Assembly: GCA_963813815.1 (NCBI GenBank)
Contig: CAWFAD010000007.1
Location: 224,001-288,000, forward strand
Direction: 5' to 3'
Length of the DNA: 64,000 nucleotides
From: an uncultured bacterium
GTDB taxonomy: Bacteria > Krumholzibacteriota > Krumholzibacteriia > Krumholzibacteriales > Krumholzibacteriaceae
Made by a program: the position numbers and the translations under genes. The notes under the pieces were generated by a model that saw nothing but the letters and a program-made list of their open reading frames with translations, had not been told where the DNA came from and made no database searches. Positions 20,177-30,348 of this stretch are shown here, in pieces (positions within the stretch are counted from its first letter, which is position 1; each line of letters begins with the position of its first letter).

Positions 20177-20965
20177 TTGAAGATCATCGCGCTCATGAAG
20201 AGGGTGCCCGATACGGAGGCGAGGATCCTCATCAACCAAGAGGGAACCGGCATCAAGGATGAGGGGATCAAGTACGTCATCAGCACCTACGACGAGTACG
20301 GCATCGAGCAGGCGCTGCGGGTCAAGGAAAAGACCGGCGGCGCGGGCACGGTGACGGCCGTCTGCGCCGGACCGGAGGAAGCGACGGAGCTCATCCGTAC
20401 GGCGCTCGCGATGGGCGCCGACGACGCGGTGCACATCTGCGATCCGGCGCTCGCCGGCGGCGACCCGTTTCTCACGGCCGCCGCGCTCGCCGCGGCCCTC
20501 AAGGGCGGCGGCTACGACATCATATTCTGCGGCAAGCAAGCGATCGACGACGACATGGGACAGGTCCACTCCATTCTCGCCGAGATGCTCGATATACCGC
20601 AGGTCAACGTCGTGGCCGGGTTCGAGCTTTCCTCCGACGGCCGCCGCGCGACGCTGCGGCGCCGCATCGAGGGAGGGGACGAGAAGATCGAAACGAGCCT
20701 TCCCGCGATCATATCGTGCGAAAAGGGGCTCAACGAGCCCCGGTACGCCTCTCTCCCCGGCATCATGAAGGCGAAGAAGAAGGAGATTCGCAAGAAAACG
20801 CTCGCCGATCTCGGCATGAGCGCCTCGGGGGACTCCCGCAGCGCCGTCGTGCGCTGGACGGCCCCCCCGAAGAGCTCGGGATGCCGGATGGTGCAGGCCG
20901 AGGAGATGCGAGCCGCGGTGCGCGAGCTCGTGAAGCTGCTCCGCGAAGAAGCGAAGGTCATCTAG
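20177..20965 (+). CDS. etfB: Electron transfer flavoprotein beta subunit
   Basis: KRVPD, YDEYGIEQAL, ALAMGAD, GKQAIDDD, NEPRYASLPGIMKAKKK; TTG start with RBS AGGAGG. Confidence 0.95.
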   Translation: MKIIALMKRVPDTEARILINQEGTGIKDEGIKYVISTYDEYGIEQALRVKEKTGGAGTVTAVCAGPEEATELIRTALAMGADDAVHICDPALAGGDPFLTAAALAAALKGGGYDIIFCGKQAIDDDMGQVHSILAEMLDIPQVNVVAGFELSSDGRRATLRRRIEGGDEKIETSLPAIISCEKGLNEPRYASLPGIMKAKKKEIRKKTLADLGMSASGDSRSAVVRWTAPPKSSGCRMVQAEEMRAAVRELVKLLREEAKVI

Positions 20966-20990
20966 CAGGGCGATACGGAGGAGAAGATCG

Positions 20991-21974
20991 ATGGCGAACG
21001 ACATCCTGATATTCGGCGAGGTCCGCGGCGGTGCCCTCAAGAAGGTCACGAAGGAGCTCATCACCGCGGCGCGCCGCATTTCGAAGGAGAGCGGGGGAGC
21101 GGTGGACGCCGTGCTCATCGGCAAGGGGGCCCGGGCGGCGGCGGAGGGGATCGCGGGATACGGTCTGCGGGAGATCACGGTTTGCGAAAACGAGACGCTC
21201 GCGAGCTACTCCACGGAAGGGTACGCGGCGGCGCTCGCCGATCTCGTGAAGCGCGCGAAACCCTCGTACGTGCTGCTCGGCGCGACGGCGATGGGCCGCG
21301 ATCTCGCCGCGCGGACGGCCGCGAAGGTGGACGGCGTCATGTTCAGCGACTGCGTCGACCTCCGCATGGAAGACGGCGCGTGCGTCGCCCGCCGACCCGT
21401 GTACGCGGGCAGGGTCTACGTCGACCTCGTGCGCCGCGGCGAGCGGACGACCTTCATCACGATCCGCCCGAACAACGTTCCCCCGGCCGATCCGTCCGGA
21501 GCTCTCACGCCGATCGTGGCGAGCGAGGCCCGCGTCGCCCGCGAGGCCATCCGCGCGATCGTCTCCGAGTTCATCGCGCTCGAGGGAGGGCGTCCCGATC
21601 TGACGGAGGCGGACGTGATCGTTTCGGGCGGCCGCGCGCTGAAGGAAAAGGCGAACTTCAAGATTCTCGAGGATCTCGCCGACGTGCTCGGCGCGGCGGT
21701 CGGCGCGTCCCGCGCCGCGGTCGACTCGGGATTCGCCTCCGCGGCCATCCAGGTCGGTCAGACCGGCAAGATCGTCAATCCGAAGCTCTACATCGCGTGC
21801 GGCATCTCGGGCGCGATCCAGCACCTCGCCGGCATGCGGACCTCGAAGGTGATCGTCGCGATCAACAAGGATCCGAACGCCCCGATCTTCGAGCGGGCGA
21901 CGTACGGAATCGTGGGCGACCTCTTCGAGGTCGTACCGATGCTCACCGAGGAAATTCGGAAGGCTCTTGCCTAG
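20991..21974 (+). CDS. etfA: Electron transfer flavoprotein alpha subunit
   Basis: [50 protein letters not shown]. Confidence 0.96.
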   Translation: MANDILIFGEVRGGALKKVTKELITAARRISKESGGAVDAVLIGKGARAAAEGIAGYGLREITVCENETLASYSTEGYAAALADLVKRAKPSYVLLGATAMGRDLAARTAAKVDGVMFSDCVDLRMEDGACVARRPVYAGRVYVDLVRRGERTTFITIRPNNVPPADPSGALTPIVASEARVAREAIRAIVSEFIALEGGRPDLTEADVIVSGGRALKEKANFKILEDLADVLGAAVGASRAAVDSGFASAAIQVGQTGKIVNPKLYIACGISGAIQHLAGMRTSKVIVAINKDPNAPIFERATYGIVGDLFEVVPMLTEEIRKALA

Positions 21975-21986
21975 GGGGAGGAGCGG

Positions 21987-23969
21987 ATGACGGCGGGCGG
22001 AATCGTTCTGCTGGCGCTGTTCGTGGCGGCGTTCACGGCCTTCGGTTTCATCGCGCGGTTTCTCTACCGCGTTCTCGAGACGGGAAGGCCCGAGAACCGC
22101 TTCAACCGGTGGCGCGACCGCGTCTGGGCGGTCGTTCTGTACGTCGGCGCGCAGCTGCGCGTGCTCGCGCAGCCGGCGGGCCTCGGACACTTCGCCATTT
22201 TCTGGGGCTTCGTCTTCATCTCGATCGGCACCCTCGATCACATGCTCGCGCAGATGTTCCCCGGCTTTACGCTCGACCGGCTCGTCGGCAGAACGGCCGG
22301 CTCGGCGCTCCTCTTTCTCCAGGACGTCTTCGGGCTCCTCGTGCTCGCGGCGCTCGCCGTCGCGGCGGTGCGCCGCTTCGTCCTGAAGCCGGAACGGCTC
22401 AAGATCGACGACCCGAAGATCCCGATGCAGGCGGGGCTCATCATCGCGCTCATCTCGGCGCTCATCCTGCTCATGTACGGCGTGCGCGGCTCGGAGATCC
22501 TCATGGGTTCGGAGCGCGTCACCGCCGCGAACGCCCCCGTCTCGACCGCCGTCGCGGCGGCCATGGGGGGATGGGGAATGAACCTTCCCATCGCCTACGG
22601 CGTTCTCTCGTGGCTTCACAATCTCATCATCTTTTTCTTTCTCCTCTACCTTCCGTTCTCGAAGCACATCCACATCCTCGGGGCGATCCCGAACGTCTTC
22701 TTCAGGAACCTGGGACCCTCGGGGACGCTCGGGCGCATGAACTTCGAGGACGAATCGGCCGAAAAGTTCGGCGTTTCCGAGCTGCCCGACTACACGTGGA
22801 AGCAGCTCCTCGATCTCTACGCCTGCACGGAGTGCGGACGCTGCCAGGTCGCCTGCCCCGCGTACCGCACCGGAAAGCCGCTCTCCCCGTACCGCGTCGT
22901 CCATCGGCTGCGCTCGCAGCTCATGAGGGATAAGGGCCCGCTGCTCTCGTCCGGTGACGCCGCGCTCCGGAAGGCTCCGATCATCCCCGGCACCGTCGCC
23001 GAGGACGAGATATGGTCGTGCACGACGTGCGGCGCGTGCATGCAGGAGTGTCCGCCGTTCATCGAGCACGTGCAGAAGCTCGTCGATCTCAGGCGGTTTC
23101 TCGTCATGACGGAGAGCCGCTTCCCCGCGGAGATGCAGCCCGTCTTCAGGAACATGGAGACCAACTACAACCCGTGGGCGATCGGCTACTCGTCGCGGGC
23201 CGAGTGGGCCGAGGGTCTCGACGTGCCGCTCGCCTCGGCGAAGGGGAGCTTCGACGTGCTCCTCTGGGTCGGCTGCGCGGGGTCGTACGACGCGCGGGGG
23301 CAGAAGGTCTCGCGCGCCCTCGCGGCGCTGCTCGCCAGAGCGGGGGTCGATTTCGCGATCCTCGGCGCGGAGGAAAAGTGCTGCGGCGAGACCGCCCGGC
23401 GCATGGGGAACGAATATCTCGCCGAGACGCTCATCCAGGCGAACATCGAGACGCTGAAGAAGTACCGGTTCAAGACGATCGTCACGGCGTGCCCGCACGG
23501 GTACAACTCACTTCGCGCCGAGTACCCGCAGTTCGGGCTCTCGGTTCCGGTGAAGCACCACTCAGAGCTGCTGCTCGAGCTCGTCGCCGCCGGAAAGCTC
23601 TCGCCCCGGCGCGACGGGCGGCGCCGAGGGGCGTTCCACGACTCGTGCTACCTGGGGCGGTACAACGGGCTGACTCGCGAGCCGAGGCGCGTGCTTTCGA
23701 AGGCGGCGGAGATCGTGGAGTTCGCCCGCCGCGGCAAGCGCAGCTTCTGCTGCGGCGCGGGAGGCGGCAGGATGTGGATGGAGGAGCATCTCGGCACCCG
23801 GATCAACGAGGAGCGCACGAGAGAGCTTCTCGGCCTCGGCGTCGACCGCGTGTTCACCGCGTGCCCCTTCTGCCTGACCATGTTCGAGGACGGGTTGAAG
23901 AGTCTCGGCCGGGAGGATATCAAGGCATACGACATCGCCGAGGCGCTCCTCGAAGCCTGCGGCGATTGA
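21987..23969 (+). CDS. Membrane Fe-S oxidoreductase, FadF/EMO (DUF224, HdrE-HdrD-like) type
   Basis: N-terminal TM helices with His residues (H...FWGF, SKHIH), two 4Fe-4S motifs (CTECGRCQVACP, CTTCGACMQECP), two CCG domains (CCGE, CCGAGGG). Confidence 0.9.
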   Translation: MTAGGIVLLALFVAAFTAFGFIARFLYRVLETGRPENRFNRWRDRVWAVVLYVGAQLRVLAQPAGLGHFAIFWGFVFISIGTLDHMLAQMFPGFTLDRLVGRTAGSALLFLQDVFGLLVLAALAVAAVRRFVLKPERLKIDDPKIPMQAGLIIALISALILLMYGVRGSEILMGSERVTAANAPVSTAVAAAMGGWGMNLPIAYGVLSWLHNLIIFFFLLYLPFSKHIHILGAIPNVFFRNLGPSGTLGRMNFEDESAEKFGVSELPDYTWKQLLDLYACTECGRCQVACPAYRTGKPLSPYRVVHRLRSQLMRDKGPLLSSGDAALRKAPIIPGTVAEDEIWSCTTCGACMQECPPFIEHVQKLVDLRRFLVMTESRFPAEMQPVFRNMETNYNPWAIGYSSRAEWAEGLDVPLASAKGSFDVLLWVGCAGSYDARGQKVSRALAALLARAGVDFAILGAEEKCCGETARRMGNEYLAETLIQANIETLKKYRFKTIVTACPHGYNSLRAEYPQFGLSVPVKHHSELLLELVAAGKLSPRRDGRRRGAFHDSCYLGRYNGLTREPRRVLSKAAEIVEFARRGKRSFCCGAGGGRMWMEEHLGTRINEERTRELLGLGVDRVFTACPFCLTMFEDGLKSLGREDIKAYDIAEALLEACGD

Positions 23970-24005
23970 ACGGGCCGCGCGGGAAATCCCGATCGCCCGG
24001 GAAAA

Positions 24006-24041
24006 CGAAAGAGCCGCGTCCACTCGAACGCGGCTCTTTCG
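24006..24041. terminator. Bidirectional terminator hairpin between convergent genes
   Basis: CGAAAGAGCCGCGT / ACGCGGCTCTTTCG, 14-bp inverted repeat. Confidence 0.75.
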
Positions 24042-24063
24042 CCGTCTCTGTCAAAAGGCCCTA

Positions 24064-24252
24064 TCATTCCCTCCAGGTGATCGCCTCGACCGGGCAGTTT
24101 TCGATGGCGTCCTGCACGGTATCTTCGCTCCAGTCCGTCGTGTCCCTCACCGTTGCCACGTCCCCCGCCATTTCGAACGCTTCGGGAGCGGTTTCGGTGC
24201 ACAGCTCGCAGCCGGTGCAGAGATCGGGATCGATATACGGCGTTTTTTGCAT
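24064..24252 (-). CDS. Single-cluster [4Fe-4S] ferredoxin
   Basis: CTGCELC...CPVEAI, 62 aa, acidic; RBS AAGGAG. Confidence 0.93.
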   Translation of the reverse strand: MQKTPYIDPDLCTGCELCTETAPEAFEMAGDVATVRDTTDWSEDTVQDAIENCPVEAITWRE

Positions 24253-24339
24253 TGTTACACTCCTTTTCGCTGAGAACCTTCCCCTAATTAACAGCCGAAC
24301 CCGCCGGTGTCAAGATTTTTTTCTCCCGAGCGGCGCGCG

Positions 24340-25605
24340 TCAGAAGCGCCACGTGAGATCGACGGATACGAGGGTGATGGAGAAGTCGTCTTCACGCCTG
24401 GAATGGGTCTCCGGCTCGTGATTGAGAAAGAGGTTAATGGAGAAATTCCTTGCGAACGTTACACTTCCCATGACCGACATGCGGTTTACGACGAAATCGG
24501 AGTAGAGTAAATTCTCCGGCTCCGTATAGTCTCGGTAGCCGGGCTCGTAAGAGGCGGTGACCCAGTAGCGCTCGCCCCCGAAGGCGTCGACGCCGAGAAT
24601 GACGGATACCTCCCGGTAGCGCTCTTCGGCGAAATCGCGGCAGAGCATCTGGCCGTACCGCGGTTCCATGAAAAGGGTCGCGGCCCCGCCGGCAGGAAGA
24701 CTCACGCGAAGCCCCCCTCGAAGGAACTGGCTGTTGAAATAAGCGTTATCGGGGCGGTCGTACAGCAGCAGGTCGGTCTCCGCCCTGATCGAAACGATGC
24801 GCCCGCCGGCCTCCCCCAAGGCGGCCTCGAAGTTCGACAAGATGCTCCAGCGATCGCTCCGCGCGTCCCCGCGGTAATCGCGCCTGTCAGCGAAGAGCCC
24901 AGCGTGCACGGACAGGTTCCCCGCGGCCCCGTGCGTCTCGAGCTCAGCGACGATCCTGTCGAAGCCGAGGGCGGTCGTGTCGGGCGCCTCGCGCCTGCCG
25001 AAGCTGCCCGAGAGGAGGATCATGTTGGCGTAATCCGAGCCCGCTTCGATCTCGAGCCCCGCGTCGCGGTAGGTATAGTCGTAGTCGAACAGGGTTCGCT
25101 CCTCGAAATCGACGAGCTCGAACCGCGCCCGCGCTCCCGCGCGGAAGCCGTCCGAGAAGCGCCTGCGCACCTTGACGAAGGCGTTTCCCTGCAGATAGTC
25201 GTTCGCCGCCGCGTAGTTGCTCCCCTCGCGAAAATGTTTGTACCGGAAGTTTCCCCGCAGGTCGACCCGCCACGAGCCGCCGGGATTCGCCGTGGCGTCG
25301 AGATCGACCGCTTCGTCGATCGTCTGGTTTCCGTATCGCAGGAGATTCGCGACGCCGAGCCTCGAGGCGCCCTTCGTGAGCGTCAGGGCGTCGGCGAGCC
25401 CCGCGTAGAAATCGTGCACCGTTTCCGCCGTGTCGTCGTCGAGGATCGTGAACCGGTCGATGAAGGAGTCGTATCCGAGGGAGAGGCGGTTCGAGAATTC
25501 GGCACGGAGCGGCTCGGCCGCGAGACCCGAGGCCCAGCCGGCGACGAACACGGACGCCGCGGCGATTGCTCGCGCCGCGCGTATGGCCCCGCTCCGTTTC
25601 TTCAC
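24340..25605 (-). CDS. Putative outer-membrane beta-barrel protein of unknown function
   Basis: Signal peptide; alternating amphipathic strands rich in Y/F/R/D; C-terminal ...VDLTWRF (terminal Phe). Confidence 0.7.
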   Translation of the reverse strand: MKKRSGAIRAARAIAAASVFVAGWASGLAAEPLRAEFSNRLSLGYDSFIDRFTILDDDTAETVHDFYAGLADALTLTKGASRLGVANLLRYGNQTIDEAVDLDATANPGGSWRVDLRGNFRYKHFREGSNYAAANDYLQGNAFVKVRRRFSDGFRAGARARFELVDFEERTLFDYDYTYRDAGLEIEAGSDYANMILLSGSFGRREAPDTTALGFDRIVAELETHGAAGNLSVHAGLFADRRDYRGDARSDRWSILSNFEAALGEAGGRIVSIRAETDLLLYDRPDNAYFNSQFLRGGLRVSLPAGGAATLFMEPRYGQMLCRDFAEERYREVSVILGVDAFGGERYWVTASYEPGYRDYTEPENLLYSDFVVNRMSVMGSVTFARNFSINLFLNHEPETHSRREDDFSITLVSVDLTWRF

Positions 25606-25943
25606 CTGTTTCGCCTCAGGAGCGTCGATGCTTCGTCGAGCAGACGAATCGCGACGAGCGTTTTTCCGTACAGGTACATTTCCTCCGCGGCAGCGACGAG
25701 GGAGCGCGCCTCGAGGGCGTCGGTGTCGAGCTGCGGATCCGCGCTCGCGCGCGCGGCGAGCGTCGCGGCGAGCGTCGCGTATTTTTCAGCGAAGAGATCG
25801 TCGATGGCGGCCGCCCCGAGCGAGTCGGCGGCGAGGCTGTCGGGAGCGGGGGGGGGCGGAGGGGCAGCGGGTCTCCCGGACGCGCACGACATGAGCATGA
25901 GCGCCGCGAGGCTCGCCGTGGCGAGAGCGATCAACGCGCGCAT
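25602..25943 (-). CDS. Small lipoprotein with Pro-rich linker and one helical-bundle unit
   Basis: MRALIALATASLAALMLMSC lipobox, PAAPPPPPAP linker; overlaps both neighbours. Confidence 0.75.
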   Translation of the reverse strand: MRALIALATASLAALMLMSCASGRPAAPPPPPAPDSLAADSLGAAAIDDLFAEKYATLAATLAARASADPQLDTDALEARSLVAAAEEMYLYGKTLVAIRLLDEASTLLRRNR

Positions 25944-27235
25944 AGATCGCCGATCCTCTGGTACATGTTCCGGGCGATCGCGATCTCCGCCGCGGCCGAC
26001 TCGAATCGGGCCGCGCCGGCGTGTTCCCGCGCCCGGGCGAGATGCGCATCGGCTCGCGCGGCGAGTTCTCTCGCGCCGGGTGCGGGGCAAGTATCAACGA
26101 GATTTTGCGTTTGTCCGCGCAGGGCTTCGGCGTCCGCGATCCGGGTCATGATCCGCTCGCGTGTGAGCGCGCCGTGTTCCTCGCGGACGGTCTTTCGCAG
26201 CGTTTCCATCGCGCGGTCGATGAGGGCGATGCCTTCATCGCCGCGGCCGGCGCCGATCGATTCTCCGGCGCGGTCGAGCATCTCTCCCACGCGCTCCATC
26301 GTTTCGGCCATGAGCGGATCGGGCGTTTCCCCTTCCGCGGCGGCCATCTGGCGGGAGCGATCGAGCAGCCGGTATCCCTCTTCGAGCCGGGCGGACGGGT
26401 TTCCCGCCGCTGCCGGCGGAACGCTGCGGACGATGCCGCGGAGCATCTGCTCGCACGTCTCGCAGGCCTGGCGCGCTTCGTCGTAGCGGCCGGCGGCGAG
26501 GAGTTCCTGCGCTTGCGCGAGCTTGCGTTCGGCCACGCGAAGCTCGGCGCGGATCTTTTCGTCGCCGCTCTCGTTCACCCGCTGGCGCGAGCGCTCAACG
26601 AGGCGCTCCATGAGCATGACGCGGCGCTCGACCGACTCCTTGAGCCTGCGGGTGTTCCGCACGTGATCTTCGGCCGTGATCGCGACCTGCCGGGCGTTCG
26701 TCGCGAGCCGGAAGGCGAGCTGGTAGCGATTCTGCTGGGCGTTCATGCGCGATTTGTCGAGCAGGCCGTTTCCCTCGTCGACGAGCTTGAGGGCGTGCTC
26801 GTCGCGCACGCCGCCCTCGATCATCTCGTCCCGAACGGTGATGAGACGCTCTCTGGCCTCTTCCGCCACCCGCTGGAGGCTCTCCTCGCTGCGCAGATCG
26901 CTTCGGGCGAGCGACATCGCGTGCCAGGCCTCCTTGCGCGCCTGAAGCGTCAGCCTCAGGGCGACGTGGTAGCTCGCGCCCCGATAATCGTTCCATGCGC
27001 GCGCCTGCAGCTCCGTGGCGAATCGAAGCGCCACGCGCGCCTTCTCGCTTCTCGATTCATCGATGAGCTGGCCGGCTCTCAAGATAATCTCGTCTGTTCG
27101 CTCGAGCGCCTCCTGAACCGCGAGGGCGTCCACGGTTCCCTGGGCGGGAACGGAAACCGGGCGGAGGGGCAAAAGCGCGAGGGCGAGGAAGAGCGCCGCG
27201 CCGATCGCTTTTATTTTCGTGTTATTACCGTTCAT
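25931..27235 (-). CDS. Exported all-helical repeat protein (five ~75-aa units)
   Basis: Signal peptide; repeated pattern ...A...A......Y..A......AR; RBS AAGGAG. Confidence 0.75.
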   Translation of the reverse strand: MNGNNTKIKAIGAALFLALALLPLRPVSVPAQGTVDALAVQEALERTDEIILRAGQLIDESRSEKARVALRFATELQARAWNDYRGASYHVALRLTLQARKEAWHAMSLARSDLRSEESLQRVAEEARERLITVRDEMIEGGVRDEHALKLVDEGNGLLDKSRMNAQQNRYQLAFRLATNARQVAITAEDHVRNTRRLKESVERRVMLMERLVERSRQRVNESGDEKIRAELRVAERKLAQAQELLAAGRYDEARQACETCEQMLRGIVRSVPPAAAGNPSARLEEGYRLLDRSRQMAAAEGETPDPLMAETMERVGEMLDRAGESIGAGRGDEGIALIDRAMETLRKTVREEHGALTRERIMTRIADAEALRGQTQNLVDTCPAPGARELAARADAHLARAREHAGAARFESAAAEIAIARNMYQRIGDLCAR

Positions 27236-27281
27236 GGCAATTCAGCTCCTTTGCGCCTATATGTTGCCGCATTGGGGCGAG

Positions 27282-27409
27282 GCAACTCATATGCCACGAA
27301 GAGAAAATATCGTATCTCATTGTATATAAAAGTGTTATAGCCTCAGCTCCCCTGAGGGCGCCCCCTCTTTTGTACCGAACGGTGCACCGAAAATGACCCT
27401 CTGGGTACA
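27282..27409 (-). promoter_or_regulatory. Sigma54 promoter with IHF-like site and two NtrC-type enhancer sites
   Basis: Minus-strand TGGCATATGAGTTGC 27296-27282; TATAAAAGTGTTA 27325-27337 (one mismatch to the IHF consensus); TGTACC-N4-GGTGCA 27371-27386 and TGACCC-N4-GGTACA 27394-27409. Confidence 0.8.
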
Positions 27410-27411
27410 AC

Positions 27412-28806
27412 TCACTCCCCGATCCCATCCGCTTCTCCTGCCTCGCAAAGCCCGAATTTTTCGAGTCTTCCGTAGAGGGCGCGCCTCGTGATGCCGAGCA
27501 TCGAGGCGGCGCGGCTCTTGTTTCCGTCGGCCGCCTGCAGCGCCAGCTCGACGAGGCGTTTCTCGATCTCCGGCAGCTCCATCTCACCGAGAAGGGATCG
27601 CAGACGCTCCTCGGCGGAGCCCCTGCCGGACGCGGCCCCTTCGATCATGATGTGCTGGGCGGCCACGGCGCCGCCGCCGGCGAGTATGGTCGCCCGTTCG
27701 AGGACGTTCCGCAGCTCCCGGACGTTGCCGGGCCACGGGTAGCCCTTGAGCTTCGCCGCGGTGTCGGCGGAGAGCTCGGGACCGCCGCCGGACCCGCCGC
27801 GTCCCGCGCCCTTCCATTCGCGCAGAAAATGCTCCGCGAGGACGACGATGTCCTCCTTGCGGTCGCGGAGCGGCGGTATCCGTATCGGAAACACGTTGAG
27901 CCGGTAGAAGAGGTCCTCGCGGAAGCGGCCCTCGCGGACGAGATTCTCGAGCTCGCGATTCGTGGCCGCGATGATCCGCACGTCCACGGTGACGGCCTTC
28001 GCGCTGCCGAGCGGGAGGAACTGTTTGAGCTCGATGGCGCGAAGGAGCTTGGCTTGGATGGGGAGCGGTATTTCGCCGATTTCGTCCATGAAGAGCGTGC
28101 CGCCCTCGGCGAGCTTGAACTGCCCGGGTCTGCGGGAATCGGCACCGGTGAACGCGCCCTTCTCGTGTCCGAAGAGCTCGGCCTCGAGGAGCGTTTCGGG
28201 AACCGCCGCCGCGTTGAGTATGATGAAGGGCCCCTTGGCCCGGGAGCTCTTCGCGTGAATCTCGGCGGCGACGAGCTCCTTGCCCGTGCCGCTCTCGCCG
28301 AGAATGAGGATGGGCGTATCGGCGCGCGCCACGAGACCGATGAGATCGCGCACGGAGCGTATCGCCGCCGAATCGCCGACGATCCGCTCGGCGTCCGGGC
28401 GCGGCGAAAGCTTGCTGCGGAGCGCCGCGTTCTCCGAGACGAGATCCCGCCGTTCGATGATGCGGCGCAGCAGCAGGATCACCTCGTCGAGGTGGAAGGG
28501 CTTGATGAGATATTCATACGCGCCCTGGCGCATCGCCTCGACGGCGGTCTCGGCGCTCGCGTACGCGGTCATGATGACGACGTCCGTTTCGGGCGCCGCT
28601 TTTTTGGTGCGGCGCAGGAGCTCGAGACCGTCCATGCCGGAGAGCCGCAGGTCGCAGAGAACGACGTCGATCTCCCCCCGCTCGATCGTGGGGAGCGCTT
28701 CCTCGGCGCTCCCCGCCGCGGTCGCTTCCATTCCCTCGGCCGAGATCCGTTCGGCCAGAAGCTCGGTGATTTTTCGTTCGTCGTCGATGATCAATATTCG
28801 GGTCAT
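27412..28806 (-). CDS. Sigma54-dependent response regulator (NtrC/AtoC/ZraR family)
   Basis: Receiver domain (IIDDE, LCDLRL, KP), GESGTGKE, ELFGHEKGAFTGA, FREDLFYRLNV, WPGNVREL, Fis HTH GNKSRAASMLGI. Confidence 0.96.
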   Translation of the reverse strand: MTRILIIDDERKITELLAERISAEGMEATAAGSAEEALPTIERGEIDVVLCDLRLSGMDGLELLRRTKKAAPETDVVIMTAYASAETAVEAMRQGAYEYLIKPFHLDEVILLLRRIIERRDLVSENAALRSKLSPRPDAERIVGDSAAIRSVRDLIGLVARADTPILILGESGTGKELVAAEIHAKSSRAKGPFIILNAAAVPETLLEAELFGHEKGAFTGADSRRPGQFKLAEGGTLFMDEIGEIPLPIQAKLLRAIELKQFLPLGSAKAVTVDVRIIAATNRELENLVREGRFREDLFYRLNVFPIRIPPLRDRKEDIVVLAEHFLREWKGAGRGGSGGGPELSADTAAKLKGYPWPGNVRELRNVLERATILAGGGAVAAQHIMIEGAASGRGSAEERLRSLLGEMELPEIEKRLVELALQAADGNKSRAASMLGITRRALYGRLEKFGLCEAGEADGIGE

Positions 28807-28808
28807 GC

Positions 28809-30173
28809 TCACGCTCCGTCGCTGCCGCCGCCGGCGGCTCCGCTCGTCCGGTCCGGCGCGGGCAATGAGACGCTCACCGTCGTTCCCGCGCCCGGCTCGC
28901 TCTCGATCTCGATCTCTCCTCCGTGCGCCTCGATGATCTTTCTCGTGATGGCGAGCCCGAGCCCGCTTCCCTGGGATTTCGTCGTGAAGAACGGCTCGAA
29001 GATCCGGTCGATATCCCTCGGCGCGATTCCCGCGCCGGTGTCCCTGAAGCTCACGACGTAGCGCCCGTCCCCGTTCGCGAGGGAGACCGCGATCGTGCCG
29101 CCGGCCGGGAGCGCCTGCCGGGCGTTGATGAAGATGTTGAGAAACGCTTGCTGGAGGCGCCTCTCCTCGCCGATGAAGGGCGCCTCGGCGCGATCGAAGG
29201 ATGTTTCGATCCGGACGTAGGGCTCGGCGGCCGACTCGCGCAGGTTCCGCACGCACCGGTTGAGCGTCTCGACGAGATCCATCGGAGAGCGGCGCGACGG
29301 CTCGTCCTTCGCGAAAAGAAGGTAGTCGGTCAGAATGCCGTTCAGACGGTCGACCTCGTCCATGAAATAGCTCCTGATGTCGCTCCCGCTCTCGGGATGT
29401 TTTGCGGCCAGCTTTTCAGCGGCGCTTCTGATGATGAAGAGCGGGTTTCGTATCTCGTGCGCTATGCCCGCGGCCATGCGTCCCATGATGGCGAGCGTCT
29501 CCGCCCGCATGAGCGACTCGCGCGCCCTGACGAGGGAGGAAGTCGCGCGCAGCGCGAAGACCGTGAAGAGAACGATTCCGGCGACCGATATCCCCGTCAC
29601 GGCGATGAGAATGAGTCGCAGCCGGGCGAGCGCGTCGAGAAAATCCGCGTCCGCTTCGACCCCCACGAGCGCCACGACTTCCTCTCCGCCGGCCGGAAGG
29701 GGCGCGTATCCCGCCTTGAGGTAGGTGCCCCTCACCGTGTAGAGGTCGGTGGCCGCGGCTTCACCCTTCGAGGCGCGCCAGAGCGCCGGGTAGTCCGCGT
29801 GCCAGTGGGGATACTCGATCCCTTCGGGGTAGAGCGCGGGCTCGAGGCTCATGAGCGTGACGAAATCCTCGCCGAGAACGACGACGTTGAAGAGGTCGTG
29901 CTCGGCCCTGATCAGTTCGAACTCGGCGCGCATCAGCGACGACGCGAGGGAGTCGGTGAACGTCTCCCGCGTCGGCGGCGAGGGGGAATCGGAAACGCGG
30001 GCCGCGGCGAGCTCGGCGATCGCCGTGAGCCGCCTCCCGAACTCGCCGTCGAGGCTGCGCCGGGTCTCGGTGTAGTAGTACCAGCCGGCGAGCACGAGCG
30101 CCGCCGCGAGCACGACGACGGCGAGCGCCATCCACCCACTCCGCAAAAACGCAATTGATCGTGTCCGGTTCAT
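28809..30173 (-). CDS. Sensor histidine kinase (NtrB/ZraS-like)
   Basis: Two TM helices around a periplasmic domain; H-box AHEIRNPL; NA, DTGAG, FEPFFTTK, GSGLGL. Confidence 0.95.
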   Translation of the reverse strand: MNRTRSIAFLRSGWMALAVVVLAAALVLAGWYYYTETRRSLDGEFGRRLTAIAELAAARVSDSPSPPTRETFTDSLASSLMRAEFELIRAEHDLFNVVVLGEDFVTLMSLEPALYPEGIEYPHWHADYPALWRASKGEAAATDLYTVRGTYLKAGYAPLPAGGEEVVALVGVEADADFLDALARLRLILIAVTGISVAGIVLFTVFALRATSSLVRARESLMRAETLAIMGRMAAGIAHEIRNPLFIIRSAAEKLAAKHPESGSDIRSYFMDEVDRLNGILTDYLLFAKDEPSRRSPMDLVETLNRCVRNLRESAAEPYVRIETSFDRAEAPFIGEERRLQQAFLNIFINARQALPAGGTIAVSLANGDGRYVVSFRDTGAGIAPRDIDRIFEPFFTTKSQGSGLGLAITRKIIEAHGGEIEIESEPGAGTTVSVSLPAPDRTSGAAGGGSDGA

Positions 30174-30348
30174 CGGTTATATGCCTCGTTGCGATGCGCC
30201 CCACAGGATACGACCGGAGGATGGCGCGCGCAACAGATTTGCGCTTGTGCGCGCCCGGGGGAGGGGCGTACAGTTCTTTCGGGAGATTCGGTTCGCCGCC
30301 GATTCCCGCCGCCGGCCGGCGGCGAACGGCGGGGGAAAGGGTTGCGAC

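Noticed and set aside
26450..26470. CETC in the helical-repeat protein as a heme-binding site
   Set aside because: It is followed by Glu, not His, so it is not CxxCH.
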